A stretch of DNA of 64,000 bases. Origin: Octopus sinensis (lineage: Eukaryota). The translations under genes and the position numbers were made by a program. The stretch spans positions 19,654,001-19,718,000 of the forward strand of contig NC_043015.1 in assembly GCF_006345805.1 (NCBI RefSeq). The letters are read 5' to 3'. A model generated the notes under the pieces. That model did not search any database and was not told the origin of the DNA. It saw nothing but the letters and a program-made list of their open reading frames with translations. Positions 13,001-28,291 of the stretch are shown here, in pieces (the first letter of the stretch is position 1; each line of letters starts with the position of its first letter).

Positions 13001-15480
13001 CACCCATTCCTTCCTCTCAAGAATGTCATCCCACTGGAATCCATTCCTTGCCAAGGCTTTTTCTACAACAATTCAAGATGACCATTAATAACATCAGTCT
13101 CAGAAGATCTCCAAAGGCATTGGTCCTTCCAGACCAAACCAGTCAAAAATATTTATTGCATTAGTTAGACATATATTGTGTTTGTGTGTATGGATTAGTG
13201 GTTAGTGTATTTGGTTCATGATTATAAGTCAAGGTTTCAAATGCTGAACAAGACAGTACATTGTGTCCTTAAGCAAGGCACTTCATTTCATGTTGTTTCA
13301 TTCTTAGCTGAAATTGAATGTGTCCTAGTCTGCTGTTGGTACAGCTCACACTCTCCCCCTCTCTCCCCCTCTCTCCCCCTCTCTCCCCCTCTCTCCCCCT
13401 CTCTCCCTCTCTCTCCCTCTCCACCTCCCTCTCTCTCATATACTTGATCTTTCACCAAGTCATGGGTAAGGATGTTGAGAGGTCGTCTATATCTATTTGT
13501 GATTAAAACAGTGTTGTACACACAAACTCCCAGGTCATACTTACCGTGAGTGATAGCTAAGCTTGTGTGTGTGTGTATATATATATATATATAAAACCAT
13601 TTTATGTCCACTTTCCATGCTGGTATGGGCTGAATGCTTCAGCAGGAACTAGCAAGCGAGAGGACTGTACCAAACAGCAAAGTTTGCATTGACATGGTTT
13701 CTGTGGTTGGGTCCCACTGGCATAGCTAGAGTGTGTGCTGTCTGGTGTTGCCTTTCCGTTTGCCACCCCATCAAAAACACCTACTGCTTACAGAAGCCCC
13801 AAAAGTGTTGTGCATGGTTGAGGTCACCAAGTACTTTACAAGAAATGAGGGACTTGTAGCACTGAGGGAAATGGCTTTGTTCTGGGTGATGAGAAGTTAA
13901 TGTATGATAGACAAACAGGAAAAGGTGTCTCCCAGAGGAAGGGGGTGATACATGATTACCCCAGTTGGAAAAGGGAGAAAATGTTGGTGAAGATGTGTCA
14001 AGGCATAGCCCCAAGCTAGGAGGAGGTGAATATAAGTGGGATGGGGGTTAGACAGGGTGAATGATGAGATAGGCAGGATCATGGGAATGTAGAAAGGTGG
14101 CAGATGGAAGGAGGGATCACTATAGAAATATTAACATAGTCACAGGAGTGGCTGTGTAGTAAGAAGCTTGCTTACCAACCACATGGTCCTGGGTTCAGTC
14201 CCACCGTGTGGAACCTTGAGCAAGTGTTTTCTACTAAAGCCTCAGGTAGATCGAAGCCTTGTGAGTGGATTTGGTAGACAGAAACTGAAAGAAGCCTGTC
14301 ATGTGTGTGTGTGTGTATATATATATGTGTGTATTATGTTTGTATGTGTTTGTCCTGCTGGTGTGTTTACGTCCCCAGAACTTAGCAGTTTGGCAAAAGA
14401 GTCCGATAGAATAAGTATTTGGCTTACAAAGAATAGGTTCTAGGGTCGATTTGCTTGACTAAAGGTGGTGCTCTAGCATGGCTACATTCAAATGACTGAA
14501 ATGAGTAAAAGAATAAAGAATAACACTAGACTGACAAATACTCACATGACACTATAAAGAGTTGTGTTGGAGTATTGACAATGGTATTAAATAAGATTTA
14601 TCTACAATTCTTCAAATCAAATCCTTCTTGTCTTTTGTCTTTCTTTTGTTTCTTTCTGAATAAACAAACCATTTTATAGTCTCTTGAAATTGATGCTGTT
14701 ATCAGAAATTTGAATTAACTGAAAATCTTGAAGGTCAAAAAATAAATGGTAAAGCTCATCGAGAATGGAATAAGAAAAAAAAAACCAGCATAGTTTACGG
14801 AGCTAGCAGCAACAGAATGCAGTAGTACAAGAGATGTCATTTAGAGGGGAAGGGTGGAAATAAGCATATATATTAGTCAAAGTTGTTATATATTTATTTT
14901 TCCAATTGTGATTTTTTTATTCTTTGACAGCTCCATCAAAATTAAAGGTACCTCTAACTTTGCAGCAACCAGAAAGTGGCCGCCATATTGTTAAGTTTAT
15001 TCCCAAACAAACAGGTAAAGGCTATGCAACTTTACTTCAGTATTTTTCTTCTAACGAGAAGAAAATAAAATACTGCTTAACATGAAATGAAAAACATTTC
15101 TTATATTCTATATTTGGTACTTCCCTACTATCAATAACAAATCTTTTATTTACTAAACAATTGGTTATTAAACTAATACACAAATGAGACGAGTGGAATA
15201 GTTAGTTGGTGGAATTTGGAATAGCTATCACTATACAGTTCTATATTTAAGAGATGAGGAATTATTTACATTATTTACATTTGACAGATATTTATCCTGA
15301 TCTTGTTTGCTATTAACACAATGTTTCAGCTGATATACCCTCCAGCCTTCATTAGATGTCTTGGGAAAATTTTGAACTTGGGTTCTCATTCCTAAGGTGT
15401 TTTTCAGTGTTGTTATTATTATTATCATTATTATTATTCAGATCACTGCTTGGAGTTCCAAGTTTGATTCCAAGCAGTGA

Positions 15481-15539
<59 letters not shown>

Positions 15540-18500
15540 GGTGCAGGAGTGGCTGTGTGTTAAGTAGCTTGCTTACCAACCACATGGTTCCGGGTTCAGT
15601 CCCACTGCATGGCACCTTGGAAGTGTCTTCTACTATAGCCTCGGGTTGACCAAAGCCTTGTGAGTGGATTCGGTAGACAGAAACTGAAAGAAACCCATCG
15701 TATATGTCTGTGTTTGTCCCCCCTCCAACATCGCTTGTCAACCGATGCTGGTGTGTTTACATCCCTGTAATTTTGCGGTTCAGCAAAAAAGACCGATAGA
15801 ATAAGTACTATGCTTACAAAGAATAAGTGCTGGGGTCGATTTCCTTGACTAAAGGCAGTGCTCCAGCATGGCCACAGTCAAATGACTGAAACAAGTAAAA
15901 GAGTAAAGAGTATAATAACATCAAAAAATACCTTAAGAATGAGAACCCAGGTTCGAAATTTCCCCAAGATACCTGATGCAGGCTGGAGGGTATATCAGCT
16001 GAAACATTGTTAACAGCAAACAAGATGAGGACAAATATCCGTCAAATGTAAATTAAGCAATCACTATCTCAGAGAGGAATGTACTAGTAAAAGTTTACTG
16101 GAAAATGATGCAAAATTTGAAGGCAAAAATATAAAAAAGTTTAATGTTTTGGACAGAAAATTCTTTCTCAGGAGGAAACAACCCCTGCCTTTTTGCTTCA
16201 GCATGAGGTAAGTGTTAGCTCTTCCAAAAGTTCACCTCTCAACTATTACATCAGTCTCTCCAGTATAACAGTTTATTTACAAATCCTTTAGTAAATTTTT
16301 TTTTGAAATTGTCTGTCAGTAATAGGAAAGTACCATTTATATATTTGTTTTTGTGTGTGATATTTGTTTTAGTCTTGCATTTGTTTGATGTTCATCACCA
16401 CCAGGTATTCTCACCTTTATCTCATCGCCCACCTCTACCTTTGTCTATGTCTAATATTGCCAGTCACTTGCCCTCCCCTCCAAGTGCACCCAAGTAACCC
16501 TGCTATTTTTAAACGGCAACCCTTGCCTTTGACCAACTCTACTATTACCAATCCTTCTCCACCACCACCACTACCACCACACATCCCTACTTTCTTCCCC
16601 TCCTAGATTTGTTCCCTCCACCCTCCCTCCCATTCTGGTCCTTCTAATGCCATTGTTCTCTCATTCTTTTTCTCTCCAATTCTCCTCTTAATTCATCTCA
16701 GCAAATAGGCACTACCTTCTAATTTATTGAATACCCTAAACCCATTTATTTACATCTCTATTCCCTATCTCCCAAATACCCATTTCGGGCTTATCTGTCA
16801 TTGTTGCTTCCTCTCTGTTCCAGTGGGGCACAGGCTCCTGATAGGGCCTTCTATTTCCATGTTGGATAGAAGCCAGACTAGTATGGACCCCTTCTCAGAG
16901 GTAAGGCTTGCACAGGGCCAACACTCCTACCTAGAAAAAAAAAGTTACAAAAACAGCAATAACAATGGAAAACCAACAAAACCTGTGAGAGAAAGGCTTT
17001 TCCTTCAGGGAAACAGTTTGGTTTTAACCTGGAACTCACAAGGGAGGCAGAAGAGAGGCTTCCCTAAAAATAATTGAAGGTAGGATACTGGGGTAAAGCT
17101 GAAAAAGTAGGGATATAATTAGAGAGAAGCAAGAAAGACAATCCAGAAACAGGGACAATGAATCCACGAACATTGAGGATCCATGTTCCGTTGGAAGAGA
17201 AAAGCTTAAGTAAACATGTCCAAGGGCACTCGTACTCTACAACCTCATCATTATCATTTAACGTCTGCTTTCCATGCTGGCATGGGTTAGACAGTTTGAC
17301 TGGAATGGATAAACTGAAGAATTGCACCAGGTTGCAGTCTGATTTTGGTTTGGTTTTACATTTGGATGCCATTTCTTATTTCTTTACTGCCCACAAGAGG
17401 CTGCACACAGAGGGGACAAACACGGACAGACAAACAGATTAAGTCGATTATATCGACCCCAGTGTGTAACTAGTACTTATTTAATCAACCCCGAAAGGAT
17501 GAAAGGCAAAGTTGACCTCAACGGAATGGGAACTCAGAACATACCAGCAGACGAAATACCACTAAGCATTTCGCCTGGCGTACTAACGTTTTTGCCAGAT
17601 TGGATGCCGTTTCTAATGCCAAATACTCTGAGAGTGTAGGAGGTGCCTTTTATGTGTCGTCTACACAGGTGTTCTTACATGTCACTAGCACGGGGGGGCT
17701 TTTATGTGTCGCCAACATGGATGCTCCTACCTGTCACCACCACTAGACACAATTATGATTTCACTTGGCTTGATAAGACTTCTCAAGCACAGTACGACAC
17801 CAAAGATCGCAATCATTTGTCATCGCTTCCATCAGATCCAACATTTGAAGATCAGGCTTCTCCACCTCATCCCCTGTCTTCCTGGCTCTACCTCTTCCAC
17901 AGATTCCCTCCACAGTTCAAGATCGGCACTTCTTGACACAGCTGTCCTCATCCACACACACTTTGTACAGTGGTATTCATCCATTGCTCATAATTTATTA
18001 CATTTTTGTTTATATTATTTTCATTATAGTTTCGTACTTTTATTTTGAAACTCATTCTTTATTTCTAGTTTGTTTTTTAAAATCATTTTTGGTAAATATT
18101 TATTTTTTTATTATTTTTTACTTGATTCATTTCAGGTGACTATATCATAAATGTGACCAACCAGGTTGGCCATGTAAAAGGTAGCCCATTTATAAGTAAA
18201 GCTTATGATGCCAGCAAGGTTAAAGTTAGAAACATGCCACCATTTTGTAAACCAGACAAGTTAGTCGAATTCAAAAGTAAGTCCAATTTCAAAATACCTT
18301 TGTTCTTTATTTAAATATAGATGTTTGAGTATTTAGAAGAAATATATTAACTGATTGAATATTTATAAAGTATTTAATTTACAATATTTATAATACAATA
18401 TTCAGATAGAAACCTATTTTTATATAATCGTTAATTGTTATTTACAAACTCCTGATTTATCTTTATCACCATTGTTTAATCTTTCCATGCTGGCATGGGT

Positions 18501-21500
18501 TTGCCAGACAGAAGACTGCACCAGACTCCTATGTCTGTTTTGGCATGGCTTTTACAGCTGGATGCCCTTCATATCACTCACCACTCCAGAGATTAGACTT
18601 AGCGCTTTTTACGTGGCACCAGCACAGGCGAGGTCAAAATAAGCAACAGGATATCAAGTAGTAATACAGTACAGCTGTTTCAAGCAGCTCCATTTAATTG
18701 AACAAATAATCATTACATTAATTTAAATGCAGTGCCATCTTCAGATGCACAAATAAATAAATGGAATTTTAACAGGTAGAACACATTAATATAATTTTTC
18801 TTAAATATTTTAAGAGTAAGAAGATGGAAGAAATTCATGTTGTCGCTATTGTAGCTAGGAATAGACTACAACTTCTAAGAATCGCATGGTGCATAGTGGG
18901 GTCATAGGGTTGTAACGGTTGTAATTCATTTCTAATTCATTTATCTCTTTACATACATACATACATACATACATACTAGTTACCTGTCTCTAAACTGCAC
19001 TCTGTCAGTTGCTATGATGAGAGTTCCAATCAACAGAACAGCATGCTCGTGAAATTAATTTTCAAATGGCTGAGTATTCCACAAATACATGTACCTTAAC
19101 GTAGTTCTCAGAGATTCAGTATGACACAGAATGTGACTAGACTGGCCCCTTTTGAATTACAGATACAACTCATTTTTGCCAGCTGACTGGACTAGAGTAA
19201 TGTGTAATGAAGTGTCTTGCTCAAGGATATAACACATCACTGGGAATTAAATTCATGACCTCATAATTGTGAGCCAAATACTCTAAACACTTGGCCACAT
19301 GTCTACACCTTCTGCTTGCACTCACACACACACACACACACACATATATATGTATTTATATATGTATCTTTTTTTGTAGTTGATGCTTCCGACGCTGGTC
19401 AAGGAAATCTAGAGATTGAACTCAATGGCAAACGTGATGATTGTAATATACAAAATCTTGGCAATCAGAATTTTGCAGCTTCTTTCAAACCAGCGAATCA
19501 GCCAGTTCAAACAGTCAAGATGTTCTTCAATAAGGAACATGTTGAAGGTAAGATTCGGTAAATTTAAACCAATAAATTCACATTGATCTTCAACTAGTCA
19601 CAGGAGTGGCTGTGTGGTAAGTAGCTTGCTTACCAACCACATGGTTCTGGGTTCAGTCCCACTGTGTGGCACCTTGGGCAAGTGTTTTCTTCTATAGCCT
19701 CGGGCCGACTAAAATCTTGTGAGTGGATTTGGTAGACGGAAACTGAAAGAAGCCCGTCGTATATATGTATATATATATATATATGTATGTGTGTGTATAT
19801 GTTTGTGTATCTGTGTTTGTCCCCCCCAAAATCGCTTGACAACTGATGCTGATGTGTTTACATCCCTATGACTTAGAAGTTCGGCAAAAGAGACCAATAG
19901 AATAAGTACTAGGTTTACACAGAAGAAGTCCTGGGGTCAATTTGCTTGACTAAAGGCGGTGCTCCAGTATAGGCACAGTCAAAAAAGAGAGAATCCAATC
20001 AATAGAACATTGATTCAATCAGTCAAAAAGTTCACAATTCATGCTTTTCTGCTGTCGCAACATATTATATGGCGGCGAGCTGGCAGAATCGTTAGCACGC
20101 CGGGCGAAATGATTAGTGGTATTTCGTTTGCCACTATGTTCCAAGTTCAAATTCAGCCAAGCTCGACTTTGCTTTCATCCTTTCAGGGTCGATTAAATAA
20201 GTACCAGTTATGCACTGGGGATTGATGTAATCGACTTAATCCTTTTGTATGTTCTTGTTTGTCCCCTCTGTGTTTAGCCCCCTGTGGGCAATAAAGAAAT
20301 AAATATATTGTAGTTGTTGTTATTGTATTGTTATTGTGAAGGCACATGGCTTAGTGGTTAGGGTATTCAGTTCATGATCGCAAGGTCGTGAGTTCAATTC
20401 CCAGCGATGCATTGTATCCTTCAGCAAGATGCTTTATTTCACGATGCTCCAGTTTGCTCAGCTGGCAAAAATCAGTTGTACCTGTAATTCAAAAGGGGCC
20501 AGCCTTGTCAATCCTCTGTCACGTTGAATTTCCCAGTGGACTACGTTAAGGGTACGCATGTCTGTGGAGTACTCAGCCGCTTGTACGTTAATTTCACAAG
20601 CAAGCTGTTCCATTGATCAGATAAACTGGGACCATCATCATGACCAACGGAGTGCCAATTATATATTGTTGTTGTTATATACATTAAGGGTAGCAAGCTG
20701 GCAGAATTATTGTAGGTTCAAATTCCGCTGGGAGTCAGCTTTACATTTTATCCTTTTGAGGTTGATAAAATAAGAACCAGTTGCATACTGGGGTTAATGT
20801 AATCAACTACTCACCCCCACTCCCCCATAATTTCAAACCTGCCTATTAATTAGAAAATTATTATTTTTAAATCTCACAACATGAGATATTCAGCAACAGT
20901 ACTTTGTAGTAAAGATTATTTGCCAACATAACATGGCAGTCCTGATTTAGGACAAATGTTGCTGTAATTTAGCCCTAGGAGGCATCATCCCCAGCTGGCT
21001 ATACGACATGATCTGTATACTTATATTCATCCTAAACCAGTACTGCCATGTTTTGTTGGCAAACAATCTTTTCTACTTCTGCCTATTGTAGAAAGAGCTG
21101 GCAGAATTGTTAGCGTACTGAACATAATGCATAGCAGTATTTTGTCTGTCTTTGTGTTTTGAGATCAAATTCTGCCAAAGTTGACTTTGAACTCCATCTT
21201 TCTGGGATCAACAAAATAAGCATCAGTTGAATGCTAGAGTCAATATAATTGATTAACTTTGAGATTTTGAAAATGTGATTGTTTTAATTTTAGAATGACA
21301 TTGTGGAGTAGGTGCAAGAGGCCAGATCTGACTGGTTTAACTACAAAATAGGTAGAATACTTGGGCATGATATGGCCTTTTTAAATGCTAAATGGTTTAC
21401 TTTCAATCAAGTACCAGGGTCAGTGTAATTAACGAACCTCTTTCCCTAAAAACAACTGACCTTCTGTCTAAATCAAAAACGTTATTCACACACAACGCCA

Positions 21501-23919
21501 TGTTGTGAGTTCAAATCTTGTCAAGGTCAGCTTGGCCTTTCTTCCTTTTGGAGTCAATGAAATAAAGGGCCACCAAGTATTGAGGTTAATGTAATTGACT
21601 GGTCCCTTCCTCCCCACCAAATTGGTGGATCTGTGCCAAAATTCGAAACAATTATTACATGCCAGTATATTTAGACAAGACAGTGACTTAGTGGTTAGGT
21701 ATGTTGCATTCATTACTATGAGATCATGGTTTCAATTCCCAAACCAGATGTACATTTGTATTCTTGAACAAGACACTTCATTTCATATTGCTGCAGTCCA
21801 CTCAGCTGTAAATGAGTACACCCTGCAATGGATTAGCCTTCCAATCAGGGAGAATGCCGAACTGCTTCCCTAGCCAGTGGGGTGGCAGCATTCAAAAACT
21901 AAAACAAAATGATGCAAAGTGCATTGTGACTAGTGATGTATAACATCTGATAGTCTGGTTGATCATGTGATAGCCAGACTAGTCTTATCTTGGTTGTTAC
22001 AGTCACAATGTTTTAACCATTGTACTCTTCAGTTTTCTTCAGATCTGTCTTTAATCTTTCATTTGTTTCAGTTGCTGGGCTACGGCCATGCTGGAGCACT
22101 GCTTTGAAGAATTTTATCAACCACTGTACTTATTTTTCATAAATCTGGTACACATCTTATTGGACCTCTTTTTGCCAAACTATTAAGTCACAGGGATGTA
22201 AACAAACCAACACAAGTTGTCATGGGGTAAGGGGGACAAACATACATATATGATATAATGTGTGTGGCGTGTGTCTTTGTGTTTGTTCCCCACAAACTCA
22301 GCTTGACAACTGGTGTTGTTTTGTTTACCTCCCTCTAAACAAAAGAGACTATTACAATAAGTATCATACTTTAAAATAAGTAGGGTTAGTTCACATTACT
22401 CCATAAAGAGCATTGGGTCAATTTCTCAGTTTCTCTGATATATAGTTCCCTCACCCCTGGATGGATGCTGGTCTGTCACGGGGTCATTCATTTTTGCCAG
22501 CTGTGTGGACTGGAGCACTGTGAAATGAAGTGTTTTGCTCAAGAACACAATGCATCACCCAGTCCAGGAATTGAAACCACAATCTTACGATCATGAGTCC
22601 AACACCGTAACCACTAAGCCATGCACCTCCACATCGTAAAAATAAGTACTGGGGTTTATTTTTTTATTAAACTCTTCAAGGTTGTGCTCCAGCATGGCCA
22701 CAGTCTAATGACTGAAGCAAGTAACAAGTAAATATAAGAGACATGTATTATTTCTTAGATTTTTAAATCAAAGAAATAATACATTTAGTCTTTTTTTTTC
22801 TCTGAATAAAACCATTTTTATAGCAACAGGCATAACTTTTTACTTGACTTTTTTTCAAAATCCTTATTTTCACTAAATACAATGATTCTTTCCAAACAGG
22901 AAGTCCTTGGAAAATTGAGACAATAAAATCTGACAGCTTTACTGTCCAAGAAGCAAGCAATAAGTTAATTCATGTAAATGAACCAGCAACATGTACCGTT
23001 CTGGGACCCAAATCACATCTCCCTGATGTAGATATTAAAGTTCATGGTAAGTAATGACTACTAATTATGGTAGATTACTTTTACTCTAATAAACTTTTTA
23101 ATTAATAATTATTACTATTAGACTGGATAAGGTGTGAGAATGTGTGTCTAGGTGTGTATGTGTATGTAGGTGTATTTTTTATAGATGTATGTATGAATAG
23201 GTGTATATGTGTGTGTGTAGTGTATAGGTAGGGGGGCTCTGAAAGGGGTCTTGGGGAGTAGTGTCCCTGCCTTCCTGAGCTGGTTTTGCACCACATTTCT
23301 TAAAAATCGTGGTAGAGCCTTGGTCTCAGGACAACTCAGGTCTAGAAATGGAGGTTGGGGGTAAGCAAGGGCATGTTCCCCATAGAAAATCCAGCTCCAA
23401 AAATGTCTCACGATAGCAAAGGAGAATGGGCACCAACCAGCCCAAAGGTTGGGGTGGGCTCCACCTGCCTGCCTCAGTCACCCCTGTTAACGGGGACAAA
23501 ACCTTGATTTAAAACCCTGGATGATGATGATGATGATGTGTATGCCTGCATGTGTAGAATATCCATGCATGTGTAGGTGTATATGTGAAAACATTATTCA
23601 AAAACCTTATGCCACATAAGTTACTCAGATTTTCAAAGTAGAAAAACTTGCTTAAATACTGAGTGCAAACATATGTGCCAACGTACATAATGCAATGAAT
23701 ATTAAGCATATTAGCACTCGTTCAACTATTCTGTTTAATGCAGATGGTGTCCCTAAGCAATTTCTTTAAACAGGTGCAGGTGTGGCTGTGTGATAAGAAA
23801 TTTACTTCCCAACAACATGGTTTTGGGTTCAGTCCCACTGTCTGATACCTTAGACAGATTTCTACTATAGCTCCAGACCAACCAAAGCCTTGTGAGCAGA
23901 TTCAGAAACCTGTTGAATG

Positions 23920-23950
<31 letters not shown>

Positions 23951-24280
23951 TGTGTGTGTGGTGTGTGTGTGTGTGTGTGTGTGTGATTGTTTCCTTGCCT
24001 TGACATCATCTGATGGTTGTGAGCAAGTGTCACTGACATGCACTCAGTAGTTACAGGAAATTTCACCATAAACCTATTTGCTGTAAGAAAATTCACAAGA
24101 AATTTCATTTAATCTTTTGTAATCCCTTTTTCTTTAAAAAAAAAGAATGCTGATATGGTTCCAGGTTCGATCTCACTGAATGGCAAGTGTCTTCTACTAT
24201 AGCTTCAGACCAACCAAAGCCTTGTGAATGGATTTGCTAGACTGAAACTGAAAGAAGCCTGTCATGTGTGTATATATATA

Positions 24281-24318
<38 letters not shown>

Positions 24319-25586
24319 TTGTGTGTCTGTGTTTGTTCTCCCACCATCGCTTGACAACGTATGTTGGTGTATTTACATTCCCGTAACTTAGCAGTTCAGC
24401 AAAAGTGACAGATAGAATAAGTACCCGGCTTACAAAGAATAAATCCTAGAGTTGATTCATTCAACTAAAGATGCTGCTCCAGCACAGCCACAGTCAAATG
24501 ATTGAAACAAGTAAAAGAATAAAATAATAAAAGAACATAATAGACCTTACCATTGCCCATACTGCAAACTTGTCTTACGATGAAATTTTTTACGGCAAAT
24601 TTTCGAGACACAACATGTTGTGTCCTTCTTTTCCAAATTCCCATGAAAACCTGTCTGGCCATGGGTGGAGGGGGAGGGGCAAATATTGCCTCGCTTGGAG
24701 ACAGGTGAGGATTGATAACATGAAAGGCATCCAACTATAAAAAATTTGCCTCAACACCTATGTGACCCATATAAGTATAAAAAAGTAGACATCAAAATAT
24801 TATTGGTGAGGATTTCTGTTCAAAGATCCCACTTAAGTATGGGGTGCCCTCTATAATTAATTCTTTCCATTTATACAATTGATATTTTACAATATAATTT
24901 CAGATTCAAAAATGTCTCCAGTACCATACAAAATAACGAGTAAAACAGATAAAAGCCAAACAATTAAGTTCACTCCGGTTACTGCTGGTAAGTATGTAAT
25001 ATATATTCACCCATCTATTTGTTTTATATGCAGATATGGCTGTGTGGTAAAGGAGTTTGTTTCTCAACCATGGCATTTCAGTTTCAGTCCCACTGAATGG
25101 AACCTCAAGCAAATGTTTTCTACTACGACTCAGAACCACTTCCTTGTAAGAGGATTTGGTAAACAAAAACTAAAAGAAGCCTGTTATATATATATATATA
25201 TATATATACACCCACACACATATACATACATGTATGTATGCTAATACAAATGTGTCTGTGTGTCTTTGACTTGACATCTCTCTAAAGTGGTGCCCCAGCA
25301 TGGCTGCAGTCCTTGTACTGAAACTGAAAAAGGAAAATATGTATGAGGGGTTGATGTAAATTCTTGGCTTTAAGGGTATCACGAAACGCCTGGTTGGAGG
25401 CTCAAATTTCTGAGTTCTTTTACAGGGCTTAGAAAAACTGAAGGACCTCTGCAATAAGTATGTGAATCTGAGAGGAGAATAATGTTGAATAAAATCATAA
25501 TTAACTGATCCTCCTGTATTTTCTTTTACCCAAAGCCAGGAACTTTTCAGCACCCCCATCATATATACATACATACATATGTATGC

Positions 25587-25618
<32 letters not shown>

Positions 25619-28155
25619 TTATTTATATACACACACATATAAACAAACAAGTAGACATTCCCTTGCATTCATATGGAATGAAAGATAAATGGAAAAAGTC
25701 TTCCAATGTAACTGTAGAAATTTGATAGATGTTTTTATTTTTCAAAAAAACTTACTCATATTTTTCAGGTACATATAAAGCTAATTTCAATTTCCAAGGA
25801 ATAAAACTAAAAAATTCCCCACAGACTTTCAAAGTGTACAATCCATCAGCCATCGTACTATCAGATATACCAAAATATTCTACAGTGGGCAACAAAGAGG
25901 AATTTACAAGTAAGTATTACAATAGACCTTATGAATGCCATCAACCAATATTTACTTGTGAGGAATTTAAAAGTGGAATAATTTCTTTAATACCTCTTTT
26001 AACCTTTCTGTTACCATATTCCTGTTGAGATGCTCTGTGTTGCTCTCAATTAATTTTAAATTTAGTAAAATAACTTTGTTATTATTAAGCTAGTGTTAGG
26101 AACATATATTGTGACTAAAGTTTGGAAGATTTTAATTCAGAACTTTTGAAAACAAAACATTTGTACTACAGTGCCAGAGCCGGTTTCAGCTGGGTTGGTA
26201 TCGAAAGGGTTAAACACACCTCTACATTTGGGAAGATGCACATTAGAAGCAGTTGAAAGGGTGTGGAATGAAGGAAATTTAGGCTATTATTTCTAGCATA
26301 TAGAGTGACCACATTTGAGGTCTCCTTCTCTCATGTCCTCTGCTGATTATTTTTCTTCTTAACCCTTTTGTTATCATATTTCTGTAGTAATACTCTGTGT
26401 TTCTTTTAATTTTAAATATAATAAAGAATTTAGTAAAATGACTTTATTATCATTAGTCCAGAGTTAAGAACATTGTGACTAAGGTTTGGTGGAAGATTTT
26501 TATTCAGAACTTTTGAAAGCAAAGCATTTGTACTACAGAGCATATGTGGTTTCAACCATGTTGGTATCAAAAGGGTTAAATGCAGGTATGTCTAAGTAGT
26601 AAGGAGTTTTCTTCTCAAGCAGAAGGGACCTTTGCACTATAGCCTCTGACTGACTAATGCCTTGTGAGAGAGTCTTGTCGAAAGTAACTGAAAAATGTCC
26701 TTTGTTTGTATAAGTAGGTATATAGGTGCAGCAGTGGGTATATAGTAAGAAGTTTGCTTTTCAACCACATGGTTCTGGGTTCAGTCCCACTGTGTGGTAC
26801 CTTGGACAAGTGTCTTCTACAGTAATCTTAAGTCAAGCAAAGCCTTGTAAGTTTGGTAGATGGAAACTGAAAGAAGCCTTTGTGCATGTGTGTGTGTTTG
26901 TCCACCACCACTTGACAGCTGGTATTGGTGTGCTCACATCCCTGTAACTTAACAGTTCAGCAAAAGATACTGATAGAATAAGTACCAGGCTTTAAAAAAA
27001 ATAAGTACTGGAGTTGATTCATTTGGTTATAATTCCTTGAGGCAGTGCCCCAGCATGGCCACAGTCTAATGACTGAAACAAGTAAAAGATAAAAGATTGT
27101 GTGTGTGTGTGCGCACTTGTATCTCCTTGGTAAATGGATGGGCATCCAGCCATAGAAAATGTGCCTCAGTAAACTCCACCCAATCCATGTGAGTTGGGAA
27201 ATGTGACTGCTAAAACAATGATGATTATTTATTTATTCATTTATTGCCCTCAAGGGGCTAAACATACAGGAGACAAACAAGGGCAGATAAAGAAATTAAA
27301 TCAATTATATCGATCCCAGTGCATAACTGGTACTTATTTAATTGACCTCGAAAGGATGAAAGCAAAGTTGAGCTTGGTGGAATTTGAACTCAGAATGAAA
27401 TACCGTTAAACATTTCGCCAATTGTGCTAATGATTCTGTCAGCTCATCACCCTAGATTCTTACTTTATTATCCATTTTAGAAACTCAATCTATCTTCAGT
27501 TCTAACATTAAACACAAAAAAAAATTAATTCCATGTCCTTCAAAGTTTCTTAATTCTTATGATGTCAACAACATACAATTCTTGCTGGTAAGAACAAAGA
27601 ACAAAGCTTCTAAAATGGAAGGAGAAATTCAAAGAATTGCTTTGGTACAATGGTAGAACATCTGTCAAGTTTAAAGATGTGTGTTTGAATCCCACAAGCA
27701 ATGTTCGTCTTTTACCATCCAAGGGATTATTAACCTAATATTTGCAAGCTATTATTTCAAGCTCCAACATAAAAAAGAAAATTATCTACAAGGTACATAA
27801 GATATTTGAGGACAGATTTATGTTTATAAAAAAAAGATATAATAACAGGTAATAACTTTATCTAAAAATGCTATGGGAATAAAAAGAAACCTTCATTTCT
27901 ATAATGTTATTCAATAAAGCCACCTTCAGCTCCAACAACTGCTTCTATATGAGATCTAAATCATCTACATGTGCGAATCAAGTGGCCCTGGCTCATTTTG
28001 GACATTACTCTATGGCAGCTTTCAAACAATCTTTAGTATTATGGGTGTGTTCATTGGCCTCTCTCTCAACAACATTCCACATATAATAGTCCAATGGATT
28101 AAGATCTGGGGAATTAGGAGGCCAAATGTTAGGGATTATGTGATCGTGAAAATAC

Positions 28156-28209
<54 letters not shown>

Positions 28210-28251
28210 AATTATTAGAGAGTTATCCACTATATATACATATATATATAT

Positions 28252-28291
<40 letters not shown>

